From Mobula hypostoma (taxonomy: Eukaryota): DNA of 64,000 nt. Made by a program: the position numbers and the translations under genes. Where the stretch lies: NCBI RefSeq assembly GCF_963921235.1, contig NC_086098.1, positions 6,262,001-6,326,000 of the forward strand, written 5' to 3'. The notes under the pieces are model-generated. The model was not told the DNA's origin. It saw only the letters and a list, made by a program, of their open reading frames with translations, and made no database searches. Shown one piece after another: positions 50,827 through 64,000 of this stretch (the stretch's first letter is position 1; every line of letters starts with the position of its first letter).

Positions 50827-51264
50827 TTATAGAAAACCTACAGCACAATACAGACCCTTTGGCCCACAGAGTTGTGCCGAACATGTCCCTACCTTACAAA
50901 TTACTAGGGTTACCTATAGCCCTCTATTTTACTAAGCTCTATGTACCTACCTGAAAGTCTCTTAAAAGACCCTATCATATCCGCCTCCACCACTGTTGCT
51001 GGCAGCCTATTCCACGGACTCACCACTCTGAGTAAAAATTTTACCCATGACATCTCCTCTGTATCTACTCCCCAGCACCTTAAAACTGTGCCTTGCAGAG
51101 GCTGATATATTCTCGATTGGCCAAGGGTATGAAGAGATACAGGGAGAAGGCAGGAGATTGGGGCTGAGGAAGATTGGATCAGCCATGATGAAATAGTGGA
51201 GCAGACTTTGATGGTCCAAATGGCCTAATTTTACTCCTATATCTTATAGCCTTATGGTGTTATG

Positions 51265-52320
51265 GAGTGGCAACAACATCTCCTCCACAATCTCCATCAG
51301 ATCAGGTGCACCGCAGGGCTGTGTGCTGTGCCTCCTGCTCTACTCACTGTACACTTGTTGCCTGTGTGGCTAAGCACAGCTCCGATGTCAGATTTAAGTT
51401 TGCTGACAACATCACTGTTGTAGGCCAAATCAAATGTGGTGATGAATCAGTATATAGGGGGAAGATTGAAATTCTGGCTGAATCATGCCATAACAACAAC
51501 CAACAAGGAGCCGATTATTGACTTCAGGAGTATGAAACCAGAGCTAGTCCTCATCGGAGGATCAGAGGTGAAAAGGTTAGCAACTTGAAATTCCTTAGGG
51601 TTATTATTTTGTAGGACCTGTCCCTGGCCCAGCATGTAAGTGCAAATTTGAAGAAAACATGGTAGCACCTCTACTGCTTTTGGGGTTTGCAGAGATTTGG
51701 CGTGACATCTAAAATTTTGACAAGCTTCTATAGATGTGTAGTGGATAGTGTATTGACTGGCTGCATCACAACCGGGCTTGAATAGTGGATATAGTCCAGT
51801 CCATCACAGTTAAAGCCGTCTTAAACATTGAACACATTTGTATGAATTGCTGTTGTAGAAGAGCAGCATCCATTATCAGGGACTCTCACCATCAAGGACA
51901 TGCTCTCTTCTCACTGCTACCATCAGAAAGATGGTACAGGAGCCTCAGGACTCACACTACCAGATTCAGGAACAGTACCTACCCCTCTTTCATCAGGCTC
52001 TTAAACCAAAGGCAATAACTTCACTCAACTTCACTTGCCCGATCATTGACGTGTTCCCTCTACCAATGTACTCACTTTCCAGACTCTTCATCTCATGTTC
52101 CCGATATTTATTGCTTATTTATTATTATTATTTCTTCCTTTTTGTATTTGCAGTTTGTTGTCATTTGCATTTTGGTTGAACTCCTAAATTGGGCAGTCTT
52201 TCATTGATATTGAAATGGTTATTTCACCATAGATTTATTAGTGTGCCCACAAGAAAATGAATTTCAGGATTGTATATGATGATATTTATGTTCTTTGATA
52301 ATAAATTTGCATTGAATCAT
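51265..52320 (+). mobile_element. Rex1/Babar-type LINE 3' part, degenerate
   Basis: FKFADNITVVG; IIRDSHHQGHALFSLLPS...RFRNS. Confidence 0.82.
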
Positions 52321-53410
52321 TTTGCTGTGTATGACTATTGGTAGTGAGTTTTTCGCCTTGGCCCCAGAGTAATGTTGTTTCGTTTGGCTGTATTCACGGA
52401 TATTCATGTATGGCTGAATGGCAGTTGAACTTGAACTTGAAAACCGTAAGACCCAGGAGTAGAATTAGGCCATTCGGCCCATTGCACCTGCTCCGCCATT
52501 TCATCATGGCTGACACCCCTCTCAACTCCATTCTGCTGCCTTCTCCCTGCAATTTTTAACACCCTGACTAACCAAAAAACTATCAACCTATGCTTTAAAT
52601 ATACCCAATGACCGAGCCTCCGCAGATGTCTGTGACAATAAATTCCACAGATTCACCACCCTCCGGCTAAAAATTATATATTTTATTATTTTTATATATT
52701 ATATCTATATATATCAAGATTACTATATATTATATCCTAATATTACAAAATAAATAGTTTTTATTGCCACAAAAACAGAAGCATGATTGCTCATCCAAGA
52801 TATCAATAGTTTAATGATTAGCCTCAAGAACCTCAGGAAGCATGGGATGCTCTCTACATATATTCATTTGTAATACCATCAAACGTCAGTCATGTGCTGT
52901 GACTGCTTTGAACAATAGAACAGCTTCACAGGCATTCAATTTGCAGTTTCAAATTGAAATTACAGCATCTAAAGTGTGTTGTCTTACAATAAACCTTTGC
53001 TGCTTTACAAAGCATGCAAGAAGACCTTACAAATGGGTAACGAGGATGGGACTTCTCTTTAGATTTTTTGAAGAACATTATTAAATCTTGCCTGGCAAGT
53101 TGTAGGTGAGCTTAGAACACTGAAGTTGATTTTTCAGTGTTTTTTCCTGCGACCAGTTTCATGGGATTTTGTTTGTCTAAGATCCAGGTAGGTATGGATG
53201 AAAAAGTGTCATGCCAATACTGGTAATATTGAGTCAAGTCAGTGATATCCGATCTGTATGTTCAAAGTTCAGAGTTCAAAGCAAATTTATTACTGCTGTA
53301 TCCTTAGGTCCATATTACTACTCTGAGAATTATTTTCTAGTAGGCATTCAAAGTAGAACATAGAACCACAATAGAATCAATGAAAAACTACCCACAAATC
53401 TACACATAAG

Positions 53411-53493
53411 GTGGCCTAATGGATAGGGCATCAGACTTTAGAGTTAGATGCAGATTTATCAAAGGAATGCAGGTTTGAGGCCTGTCACAGTCG
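53411..53493 (+). pseudogene. tRNA-Arg(TCG)-like pseudogene with a 16-nt intron-position insertion
   Basis: GTGGCCTAATGGATAGGGCATCAGACTTTAG[agttagatgcagattt]ATCAAAGGAATGCAGGTTTGAGGCCTGTCACAGTCG aligns to vertebrate tRNA-Arg-TCG, many differences being CpG decay; 5' acceptor strand lost. Confidence 0.65.
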
Positions 53494-55181
53494 TTTAGAG
53501 CATCACAGTAGTGTAGCAGTTAGCACGACGCTACTACAACTTGGGGCATCGGAATTCCAAGTTTAATTCCAACGCCATCTGTAAGGGGTTTGCACAGCTC
53601 CCAAGAATGCGTGAGCTTCCTGTAACTGCTCTTTCAGAGTCAAGGTTTTGAGTCACCTGTATGATTTGTCATTTTTATGGTGTGAACAGTAGTCTCAAAG
53701 GTGTAGGATGGTTGCAGCTTGGCACATTTGGGTGAGTTCAGGTGGCTGAGCTCGGGCACAACAGTGGGTAACGAACCAATGTTTGGCTGTTGGAGGGGAA
53801 TTGGAGGCAATTCAAAGCAGCAGTGGCCAGGCCTGAGAACAAGGAAAAGTGGAGGTTTGACCGATTCAAGTGTCAGGTCAAATTGGAAAGGTCGGGCACG
53901 GATTGAATCGAGGTGCCAGTTCCCGGACCCGACAGCCTATTGAAGTGGCAAGGCCCAGGTCCGAGTGCAAAGAACGACCCATGGTTTGGCTGATTTAAAC
54001 ATCAGGCCAGATTGAAAAGGTCAGGGTCTCGGGCCGGAGGCAAGGGACGGGCCAGTGTTCAGCTTGCTATTTGACGAGGTTTACTCCCCTCTGTGCTGAA
54101 CTGAGGAGACGGCCTTCAACTAATGGGCTCCTGCACTGGCTGCAGTGATGACTGGCTTTATGTCTGTTGTGTCACTGCAACTACTTATCAATTAAATAAA
54201 AGCATGCATGTGGGAGATGGCTTTACCTGGTGTATTCACATTGCAGCAAGAGAGTGAGAGAGAGAAAAAACAGTGTACATGTGTAGAATAAAGATCAAAG
54301 CACATGCACAGACAATAGATCAATATGTTGTGCTAAAGGGAGTCATTGCTATAAAAGAAATAGATCCATACAATATAGCAGTTGTCTCATTTTTTTTGAA
54401 CTTCAGTTCTGGATGCTATTTGCTTACTTTTATTGTTTGCACGATTTGCTGTTTTTCTGGACATTGGGTGTTGTCAATCTTCTTTGTTTGAATGGGTTCT
54501 ACTGGGTTTCTTTAAATGGGTTCTGCCGGATTTCTTTGTTTTAGACCATAAGACCAAAAGGTAGAGAAGCAAGTTAGGCCATCTGGCCCAAAGTGTCTGC
54601 TCCATCATTTCATCATGGCTGATCCATTTCCCTGCCTTTTCCCTGCAGCCCTTATGCCCTGACTGATCAAGAATGTGTCAACCTCCGCCTTAAGTATAGC
54701 CAGTGACTTGGGCTCCACAGCCGCCAGTCGCAACAAATTCCACAGACTCACCACTATCTGACTGAAGGAATTCCTCCTCATCTCTGTTCCAAATGGACAT
54801 CCCTCTATTCTGAGGCTGTGCCCTCTGGTCCTAAATTTCTCCAGCTGTCTATAGGGAGAGGAATCTCAAGGTTGTATAGAGTACACATACTCTGATAATA
54901 AATGTACTTCAAACTTTTAACTTCATAGGTTAATTTGTCATTGCAAATTGTGCTGTGATTAGGCGAGGGTTAAACAAGTGGGTTGCTGGGTGGTCAGCTC
55001 ATTGGGACAGAAGGGCCTGTTCCACACCGTATCTCTAAATAAATAAACACATAAACAAGAACTGAGGAGCAGCCTAATTGGGTTGATAATATGCATGAGC
55101 TGTTTCAAACACACCATTGCTGTAGATTTTCTATTCTGGCAGTTCATGATGTTAGCTGTGAAATTGTAATGTGCGTGTTAT

Positions 55182-55338
55182 AAACACAAGAGATTCCACA
55201 GATGCTGGAAATCCAGAACAACGCACACAAAACGCTGGAGGAACTCAGCAGATCTGGCAGCGTCCAAGGAAATGAATAAACAGTTATTTCTATAGATGCT
55301 ACCTGACCTGCTGAGCTCCTCCAGCATTTTGTGTGTGT
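55182..55338. mobile_element. PLE pLTR fold-back
   Basis: CACACAAAACGCTGGAGGAACTCAGCAG is inverted against CTGCTGAGCTCCTCCAGCATTTTGTGTG. Confidence 0.8.
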
Positions 55339-55665
55339 AAATTGTGATTAAAAAGGACATTCTGTTCAAGAAGGATTTGGTAATGAAAGATATCTATGAC
55401 CAAAAATGGAAAGGATGGACAAAATTTGTAAATGCAATAGCTTCGCACTCAATTTTATACATATATATATCATCATATCTGCTGGTGACAGGAAACCTTT
55501 GTGGGAGAGTTTTGTAAGTAGAAAAGTCATTGTACCGGGGCAGTTCCAGTCTCTTGACCAGAATCCCAGGTAACAAGTATCACACACTGGGGTGTTGGTC
55601 TGACTTTGTTGTAATAGATGACCAAGATGTCTTCTGTGCCTTGTTATGACCTTCATTCTCTATGG

Positions 55666-57500
55666 CAGCAGTCCCCAACCACCGGGCCACGGACCGGTAC
55701 CGGGCCGGAAAGCATGTGCTACCGGGCTGCAAGGAAACGATATGATTTGGCAATAGAAACATAGAAACATAGAAAATAGGTGCAGGAGTAGGCTATTCGG
55801 CCCTTCGAGCCTGCACCGCCATTCAGTATGATCATGGCTGATCATCCAACTCAGAACCCTGTACCTGCCTTCCCTCCATACCCCCTGATCCCTTTAGCCA
55901 CAAGGGCCATATCTAACTCCCTCTTAAATATAGCCAATGAACTGGCCTCAACTGTTTCCTGTGGCAGAGAATTCCACAGATTCACCACTCTCTGTGTGAA
56001 GAAGTTTTTCCTAATCTCGGTCCTAAAAGGCTTCCCCTTTATCCTCAAACTGTGACCCCTCGTTCTGGACTTCCTCAACATCGGGAACAATCTTCCTGCA
56101 TCTAGCCTGTCCAATCCCTTTAGGATTTTATACGTTTCAATCAGATCCCCCCTCAAACTTCTAAATTTCAGTGAGTATAAGCCTAGTTCATCCAGTCTTT
56201 CATCATATGAAAGTCCTGCCATCCCAGGAATCAATCTGGTGAACCTTCTTTGTACTCCCTCTATGGCAAGGATGTCTTTCCTCAGATTAGGGGACCAAAA
56301 CTGCACACAATACTCCAGGTGTGGTCTCACCAAGGCCTTGTACAACTGCAGTAGTACCTCCCTGCTCCTGTAGGAATCAGCTGCACCTTTCCTCATTCCC
56401 TGTCACGCACTGTCGAGTTTGAACGCACGTGAGGTCATTACCCGCGCATCATTCATGTCAGCGCGGGAAGGAGATCAACTCCTCCAGCTTGCAAATGACG
56501 GCAGGCTGAAAAGTATGTTTGACATAACATCTCTGCCAGCATTCTGGATCAAAGTCAAGGCTAAATATCCTGAGACAGCCACGAAAGCACTGAAAACGTC
56601 GCTTCCATTTCCAACATATCTCTGCAATGAATGCAACGAAAACTAAACTGCGGAATAGACTGGACATAAGGAACCCCCTTCGAGTATCGCTGTCTCCCAT
56701 TACCCCTCGATAGGACTGTCTTGTTGCAGGGAAACAAGCCCAGGGCTCCCACTGATTCAGCGATATTGGTGTGTTGCAATGAATTTATATGTTCATACGG
56801 GGAAAATATGTGCTATCCAAACGTTACTTAAAGCGTTATGATGCTATTGACTTATAAGTAATTTACATAACCATATAACAATTACAGCACGGAAACAGGC
56901 CATCTCTGCCCTTCTAGTCCGTGCCGAACGCTACTCTCACCTAGTCCCACCGATCTGCACTCAGCCCATAACCCTCCATTCCTTTCCTGTCCATATACCT
57001 ATCCAATTTTTCTTTAAATGATAATATCGAACCTGCTTCTACCACTTCCACTGGAAGTTCGTTCAATACTTACTTCAAGCTCCCCTGTCTTCCCCTGATA
57101 ATTGACTTTTCACTATATTCATGCGAGGAAAATATGTGCTGTGTGTTTAATATTAAATTCATGAGATAAACCCTTTTAGAAATGAAATTGAGTGTATTAG
57201 GAACTTATCACCTACATTCTGGTCGTGATTAACAAACTCCCCCCTCCCCCCCCCAGACAGAATCACCAAAAACGATTTGTAGAAAAAACTTGGCACGTAC
57301 ACGCATGCGCAAGTCACGCATGCGCACTGGTGCCCGTGCAAGGCTTCATGGTCATGGTAGTCTTTCTTGTTGTAAACCCAACGTATTTGACTGCTACTCT
57401 TGTCCGTCGGCAACCCTACCACCACCCCCCCCCCCCCAATCCCCCGGGTGGGCCAGTCTGCAAGAGTATTGTCAATAATAAACCGGTCCGCAGTGCAAAA
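55666..57500 (+). mobile_element. hAT-Charlie (MER1/Charlie3-like) internally deleted transposon with two nested CR1 pieces
   Basis: Left end CAGCAGTCCCCAACC; transposase dimerisation region FWIKVKAKYPETATKALKTSLPFPTYLC...TKTKLRNRLD...AGKQAQGSH; subterminal AAACCGGTCC at the right end, right TIR missing. Confidence 0.85.
55753..56371 (-). mobile_element. Young CR1 3' end
   Basis: ORF 55851-56396 nearly identical to 29612-30211. Confidence 0.95.
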
Positions 57501-60112
57501 TATGCCAGTGATATTAAACCTGAATCTGATTCTTTACAGACATCTACATCGGTAGTTTAAAATCTCAGCATATATATAGTTGTAAATATGCCATCTTGAA
57601 AGTAAATATTATCACTTCAAATGTGCAATATGTGAAAGCATTCATGAAAACGTTTTACTGATCTCCCTGTCCTCAACCTCACTGTCTCAATAAAGTTGTC
57701 AGATTTGGTTGAAGAGCATTATTAAATCTTGCTTGGCAAGTTGAGGGTGAGTTTAGAACACTGAAATTGATTTTTTCAGTGTTTTTCCTGTGACTAGCTG
57801 CACAGCATTTTGTTAGTCTCAGACCCTGGTATATGGATAAAAGAAGGGTAGAACTAGAAATAGATCATGCCAATACTAACAATATTCCTCACTTCTCAAT
57901 CAGGTAATTTACAACCTTCAAGTATCAACATTGGTTCGATGACTTCAGGGATTCTAGACACTAGAGTTGTTGTTATATTTTCTTGAGAGACCTCCCTTGG
58001 TCCGTCGTTATCTGATACTGGCAAGTTAAAATGTGCAATGAATTTTCTACATTTCCAAATGTGAGTTGCCATACATGGGGTGAAAGTACTCCAACAACAT
58101 TTAGACAGCATAGAAGATTAGTACAGTACAGGCCCTTTGGCCCAAGAAGTAGTGTGGAATTATTAACCTAATCTAAGGGAAATCTAATATTTCCCTCCTG
58201 CATAGCCCTCCATTTCCCAATCATAATAAACCTGATTCTGATTCTCATTGTGGAGGAACCTCCAAAATTTATGACGTAATTTTTCTGAGAGATTGCTACT
58301 AATATGTCACCCTTCAGTGTGAAGTTTATAGTTCAAAATAGAGTTATTACCAGAGTACATACACAGTATGTCACCATATACTACCCTGAGATTTATTTTT
58401 CTTGCAGGCATTCACATTAAATACAAGAAACACAATAGAACTGCACATGACAAGGATGAAGAAACAACCAATATGCAGAAGACAATAAATAGTGCAAATA
58501 TGAAAAAAAGAGAAAAAGTAATGACAATAATAAATAAGTAAATTATAAATATTGAGAGCACGAGTTTTGGCGTCCGTAAGAGTGAGTCGATAGGTTGTGC
58601 AATCAGTTCAGTGTTGAGGAGAGTGATGTTCATCTCAGTGTTGTCTAAGTGTTGAGGTGAGTGCCAGTGGTGAGAATGGGTGCATTAGGCTCTGGCTCAA
58701 AGGAGGCTTTGGCTTGGAAGAAGTGTTGGCTCTGGGTAAGTTGTCTGAGTAAGTTTCTGTTAAGTTTTACTTTTTTTATTTTATCAGGGATACTTTGTGT
58801 AGTTTAAATTGATATTGTGAGTTCTTCAAGCTGGATGCTGGAGTCCCAGAGCCTCCCAGGGAACAATACCTGCATGAAGTGCATCCAGTTGCCACTCGTT
58901 GAACATCTTGTCAGGGATCTGGAGCAGCAGCTGGATGACCTTTGGCTTCTATGGGAGAGTGAGGAGATAATCGATCAGATTTACATGGAAGAAGACACCC
59001 CAAAGGAGGCAGTAGTTGGGTGACTGTCAGGAGAACTGGAATGTGAATAGACAGTTAGTGCAGAGCATCCCTGTGGCCATTCCCCTCAAAAATAAGTTTA
59101 CCATTTTGGATACTGTTGTGGGGGGATGATCCCTCGGGGGGAAATGCCACAGAGACTGGGTTACTGGCACTGAGCATGGGTCCATGGTGCAGAAGGGAAA
59201 GAGGGAATAGAGAGGAGTGGTTGTGATACGGGACTCAGTACTGAGGGGAACAGACAGGAAATTCCATGGACGTGAATGGGACACCGGAATGGTATGTTGG
59301 CTCCCAGGTGCCAGGGTCAGGGATATCCGCATTTTGGAGAGGCAGAGAGAGAAGCAGATGACTTGGTAAATATTGATACCAATGACATAGGAAGGAAAAG
59401 CAAAGAGATCCTGAAGAGAGAATTTAGAGAGCTAGGTAGAAAGCTGAGAAGCGGAACCTCCCAGGTAGTAATTTCTGGGTTGCTGCCTGTGCCACATGCC
59501 AGTGAGGCTAGAAACAGGATGATTTGGCAGATAAATGCGTGGCTGAGATGCTGGTGCAGGGGGCAGGGCTTCAGGTTCTTGGATCATTGGAATCTATTCT
59601 GGGGGAGATATGACCTCTGCAAAAGTGACGAGTTGCACCTGAACTTAAGAGAGACCAATATTCCTGTGGGCAGTTTTTTTGAGCTGCTGGGGATGGTTTC
59701 AACTAATGTGGCAGGGGAACGGGAACCAGAGTGAAGGGACTCAGGATAGGACGGATAGTAAAAAAGCAAAGGTAGCATGCAGTCAGACTGTCAGGAAGGG
59801 CAGGCGCATGAAAGGACATAATTGCAGCCAGCAGGATGGGTATCAGTGTATTAGGGATGCAGTATCAAAAAGAGTTGCAAATACAGTACTCAAAGTATAT
59901 ATCTCAATGCATGGGGTAAAAGAAATAAGGAGGATGACCTTGTTGCACTATTACTGATCGTCAGGAATGATGTGGTCATCACTGAATTGTGGCTGACAGA
60001 CGGTAGTAGTTGGGAGCTGAATGTCCAAGGTTACATGTTGTATCAGAGGGATAGTAAATAGACTGAGGGGGTGGTATGGCTCTGCTGGTAAAGAATGGCA
60101 TCAATTCAGTAG

Positions 60113-61187
60113 TGTTATGTGGTCAGCAACAATGAATATAGAATTTAGTCAGGTTTTATTAACAAACATAAACATTTATTAAACTCTGCTCAACAATAGT
60201 GAAAAGTAAACTTAACCAGAAGTTATCTGCTACACAGCAATTTAAAAAACAGCCAAACTCTGGAATAGTTCTTAAAGTGGTAAAATCAAAAGTCCAAGTG
60301 ATTTATACAGTCAGTAAGGAGAGACTTCCCTGAAAACTGATTTGTTCGAAGACATGACGTTATTGTTGATCCCAGTGGAGAGATGCCTTGTCGAAAGGAT
60401 TCACGACGAAGGAAATAAAACAGCTTAAAGGAACTGACCTTTTTTCTGGAGGGTGAATACTGCACAAACTTTCCTGATCTTGCAGGGGTTATCTCAGATG
60501 CAGGCCACTATTCCTGAATGAAGATTCAATAAGGACGATCCTTTATAAAACTGCCAAATGACACCAACTTTACTCAATCCTTTGGATTCCCATACTTTGG
60601 TAAGGTCTTCACTCTCCAATACTAGACTGTAAAGGTAAAACAAAGGTGCAACAAACAACAACTGGCAATGATTGGCAAAACTGTCAGCACAATGTGTTTG
60701 CAACTTAGAATAGAAAGTAAAAACTCCACTTTAAAATGAAACTGCATCATGAGACGAATCCGCAGCAAAACTAATTAATGAACTAACTGTTGAGGCCAGT
60801 TCATTGGCTATATTTAAGAGGGAGTTAGATATGGCCCTTGTGGCTAAAGGGATCGGGGGCATGGAGAGAAGGCAGGTACAGGGTTCTGAGTTGGATGATC
60901 AGCCATGATCATACTGAATGGAGGTGCAGGCTTGAAGGGCCGAATGGCCTACTCCTGCACCTATTTTCTATGTTTAACTGCATGTCAACAGGGGTTTCCC
61001 CTTATATACCTGTCGGAACATGCTGTCACGTGACCTCACACCGGTGGGAAAATTACATCATGTGACCTCACACTGGTGGGAAAATTACATCACCCCACCG
61101 TTACAAGACAATTACATCATGCTCACAAGATACTCAATTACATCATGGTTTTAAGGCAGTCACAAGATACCCACGGAGTATGTAACA
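60113..61187. mobile_element. Solo LTR containing a young CR1 tail (60790-60974)
   Basis: TGTTAT...GTAACA; 4-bp TSD GTAG at 60109-60112 and 61188-61191; nested CR1 flanked by TAACTG at 60784-60789 and 60975-60980; AATTACATCA repeats at 61030-61147. Confidence 0.85.
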
Positions 61188-62734
61188 GTAGAAAGATGTG
61201 ACATAGGAGCGGAAGATTTTGAATCCTTGCGGGTTGAGTTAAGAAACTGCAAGGGTAAACGACCCTGATGGCAGTTATATACAGGCTTCCCAGCTGTAGC
61301 TGAGATGTGGACCACAGATTACATCGGGAAATAGAAAAAACATATCAAAAGGGGAATGTTTTGATAGTCATGGGAGATTTGAACATGCAGGTGAATTGAG
61401 AATATCGAGTTGGTAATGCATTGCCAGAGGGTGAGTATGTTGAATGCCTATGTGAAGGCTTTCTAGAGAAGTTTGTCGTCAAGCCTACTAGGGAATCATC
61501 TATACTGGATTGGGTGTTCTATAATGAGCCAGAGGTGATGAGGGAGCTTAAGGTAAAAGAACCCTTAGGAGGCAGTGATCACAATATGATTGAGTTCAAC
61601 TTGACGTTTGATAGGGAGAAAATAAAGTTTGGCTTAGCAGTGTTTCAGTAGAGTAAAGGATATCACATTGGTACGAGAGAGGAGTTGGTCAAAGTAAGTT
61701 GGAAGGAGTTGCTGGCAGGGATGTTAGCAGAGCAGCAATGGCTTGAGTTTCTGGTAAAAATGAGGAAGGTGCATGATAGATGTATTCCATCAATGAAGAA
61801 ATACTCAAATGGCAAAATAGTACAACCACGGATGACAAGGGAAGTCAAACCTAATGTAAAAGCAAAAGAAAGTGCATACAGCAAAGCAATTATTAGTGCT
61901 GAGATAGAGGATTGGGAAAATTTTAAAACCCTACAGAGAGCAACTTAAAGAATCATTAGGAGGGAAAAGATGAAATATGAAAGCAAGCTAGCAAACAATA
62001 TCAAAGTGGATAGTAAAATCTTTTTCAAGGATGTAAAAATTAAAAGAGAGATGAGAGTGGACATAGGACTGCTAGAAAATGAGGCCGGAGAAATAATAAC
62101 AGGGGCTAAGGAGCTAGCAGAAGAACTAAATGAGTACTTGACATCAGTCTTCACTGTGGAAGACGCTAGCAGTGTGCCAGAAGTTGAAGGGTATGAGAGG
62201 AGAGGATTGACTGTAGTTACTATTAGAAAATGCTCAAAAGTTGAAAAACCTACGGTTACCCAGACCAGATGAACTGCACCCTAGGGTTCTGAAAGAGGAA
62301 GTGGTAGAAATTGTGGAGGCATTAGTAATGATCTTCCAAAAATCATTGGACTTTAGCATGGTGCCAGAGGACTGTAAAATTGCAAATGTCACTCCACTCT
62401 TTAAGAAAGGAGAAAGGCAGCAGAGAGGAAATGATAAACCAGTTAGCCTGACCTCAGTGATTGGGAAAATGTTGGAATCAGTTGTTAAAGGATGAAATTA
62501 TGGAGTATTTGGTGACAGAGGACAAGATAGGTCAAAATCGGCAGTTTCCTGAAGTGAAAATCTTGGCTGATGAACCTGTTGGAATTCTTTGAGGAAATTA
62601 CAAGAAATTACAAGATAAAGGGGATGCAGTTGTTGTGGTATATTTGGATTTTCAGAAGGCTTTCACAAGTTGCCACACATAAGGCTGCTTACCAAGTTAA
62701 GTAAGAGCCCACAGTATTACAGGAAGGTTTCTAG

Positions 62735-63444
62735 TGTAACACGCTGTAAAGTTTCACTGCTAATGCAATGGCCTCTCTGTAATGTTTCACTGCTAAGGTA
62801 ATGGCTTCCCTGTAACAGCAATGTTTGGGTTATGACTAGAGATAGCGGAGGCTGTGGAATGTGCGCTATCCAATGAGAGGGATGTTTTTCTTTCTTGTGG
62901 GGCTAGGAGCAAGGATTTCATGATCTATTGTTGGGGAAAAATGAAGAGAGAAGACATAAATGAAGAAAGTTGGTAGACCACCAGACAGAGGGGACTTGGG
63001 GCAAGGGTCCGAGGGTCGGCAGGGAACAAATGAAGGGAACCTTGAGCTCCAACATTGTGCATTAGACTGTCTCATGAGCAGATGCTGGGGTCAAAGCAAC
63101 TCACAACAAGCTGGAGGAACTCCTGAAGGGTTCCGGCCCGAAACGTTAACTGATCGTTTCCACGGATGCTGCCCGACCTGCTGAGTTCCTCCAGCTTGGT
63201 GCGAGACTGTTTCAGGAGAATGGGCTCTTTTCTTTTTTTGTTTCTTTATTAACCATATAGTCAAATTAAGAATTATAAAGCTCAGTTGTTTAATTGCCTA
63301 TTGTGTGCTGTTTGTTATTTTGTGGTATTGATTTGTAACAGGGGAACACATCATGCAGCATACGCTGAAACAAGATTTGTCAAGTTTGTCCGGGTCAGGG
63401 CTGTCTTCCCCTAGATTAAGCTGCTAGCCAAACCGAGGGTTGCA
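62735..63444. mobile_element. Solo LTR containing a pLTR fold-back
   Basis: TGTAAC...GTTGCA; flanks CTAG / CTAA; the CR1 RT resumes afterwards. Confidence 0.75.
63079..63203. mobile_element. PLE pLTR fold-back with truncated hammerhead
   Basis: CAAGCTGGAGGAACTC inverted against GAGTTCCTCCAGCTTG; ...GGCCC-GAAAC-GTT-AACTG; 15-bp flanking repeat AGACTGT(C/T)TCA(T/G)GAG at 63064-63078 and 63204-63218. Confidence 0.8.
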
Positions 63445-64000
63445 CTAACGTGGTTGGAGCATTGGCTGATTGCGAGTGGGAATAAAAGGATCCTTATCTG
63501 GTTGGCTCTAGTGACTAGTGGTGTTCCGCAGGGGTCGGTGTTGGGACTGCTTCTTTTTATGCTGTATTTCAATGATTAAGATGGTGGAATAGATGGATTT
63601 GTTGCCAACTGTGCAGATGATACGAAGGTTGGTAGAGGAGCAGGTAGTGTTGAAGAAACAGGTAGGCTAAATAAGGACTTAGGCAGATTAGGAGAATGGG
63701 TAAGAAAGCGGCAAATGAGAGACAATGTTGGAAAATCCATGGTCATGAACTTTGGCAGTATAAATAAACGACCAGACTATTTTCTAAACGGGGAGAAAAT
63801 CCAAAAATCTGAGATGCAAAGGACCTTTGGAGTCCTTGTGCAGAACACCCTGAAGGTGAACTTGCAGGCTGAGTCAGTGGAGAGGAAGGCAAATGCAATG
63901 TTAGCATTCATTTCAAGAGGTCTAGAATACAAGAGCAGGGATGTGATGCTGAGGCTTTATAAGGCTCTGGTGAGGCCTCACCTTGAGTATTGTGAACAGT

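Larger units (their letters stand above)
58620..64000 (+). mobile_element. Near full-length degenerate CR1 (ORF1, APE, RT) interrupted by two solo LTRs; runs off the window
   Basis: CMKCIQL...LEQQLDDL; IDTNDIG; VISGLLPVP; LGGSDHNMIEF; VPEDCKIANVTPLFKKG; ADDTK; LVRPHLEYC. Confidence 0.9.

Noticed and set aside
53438..53440. Ochre suppressor tRNA
   Set aside because: The acceptor stem is unpaired and the B box is mutated; TTA is explained by CpG decay.
57896..57999. Minus-strand exon around VSDNDGPREVSQENITTTLVSRIPEVIEPMLILE
   Set aside because: The acceptor is plausible, but there is no convincing donor and the peptide is unrecognised.

Overview
Eukaryotic, repeat-dominated vertebrate DNA. 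The repeat inventory suggests a cartilaginous fish, probably a ray (inference): CR1 LINEs with TTCTATG(T) tails, Rex1/Babar-type LINEs, Penelope-like elements (PLE), V-SINE/HE1-like SINEs, Tc1 and hAT-Charlie relics, and solo LTRs. I found no intact host protein-coding gene; nearly every long ORF is a retroelement RT, endonuclease or ORF1 fragment, or antisense noise. Non-TE items are a processed RBM25 pseudogene (minus strand, ~17440-18355), a decayed intron-bearing tRNA-Arg-like pseudogene (53411-53493), a 36-bp minisatellite and a few TE-free islands. The most coherent system is the Penelope family carrying a minimal hammerhead ribozyme in its terminal repeat (intact core at 19542-19579). 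Short derivatives of that repeat also occur as independent TSD-flanked insertions and fold-back pairs. Families were assigned by eye without a database search. Boundaries are approximate unless a TSD is quoted.
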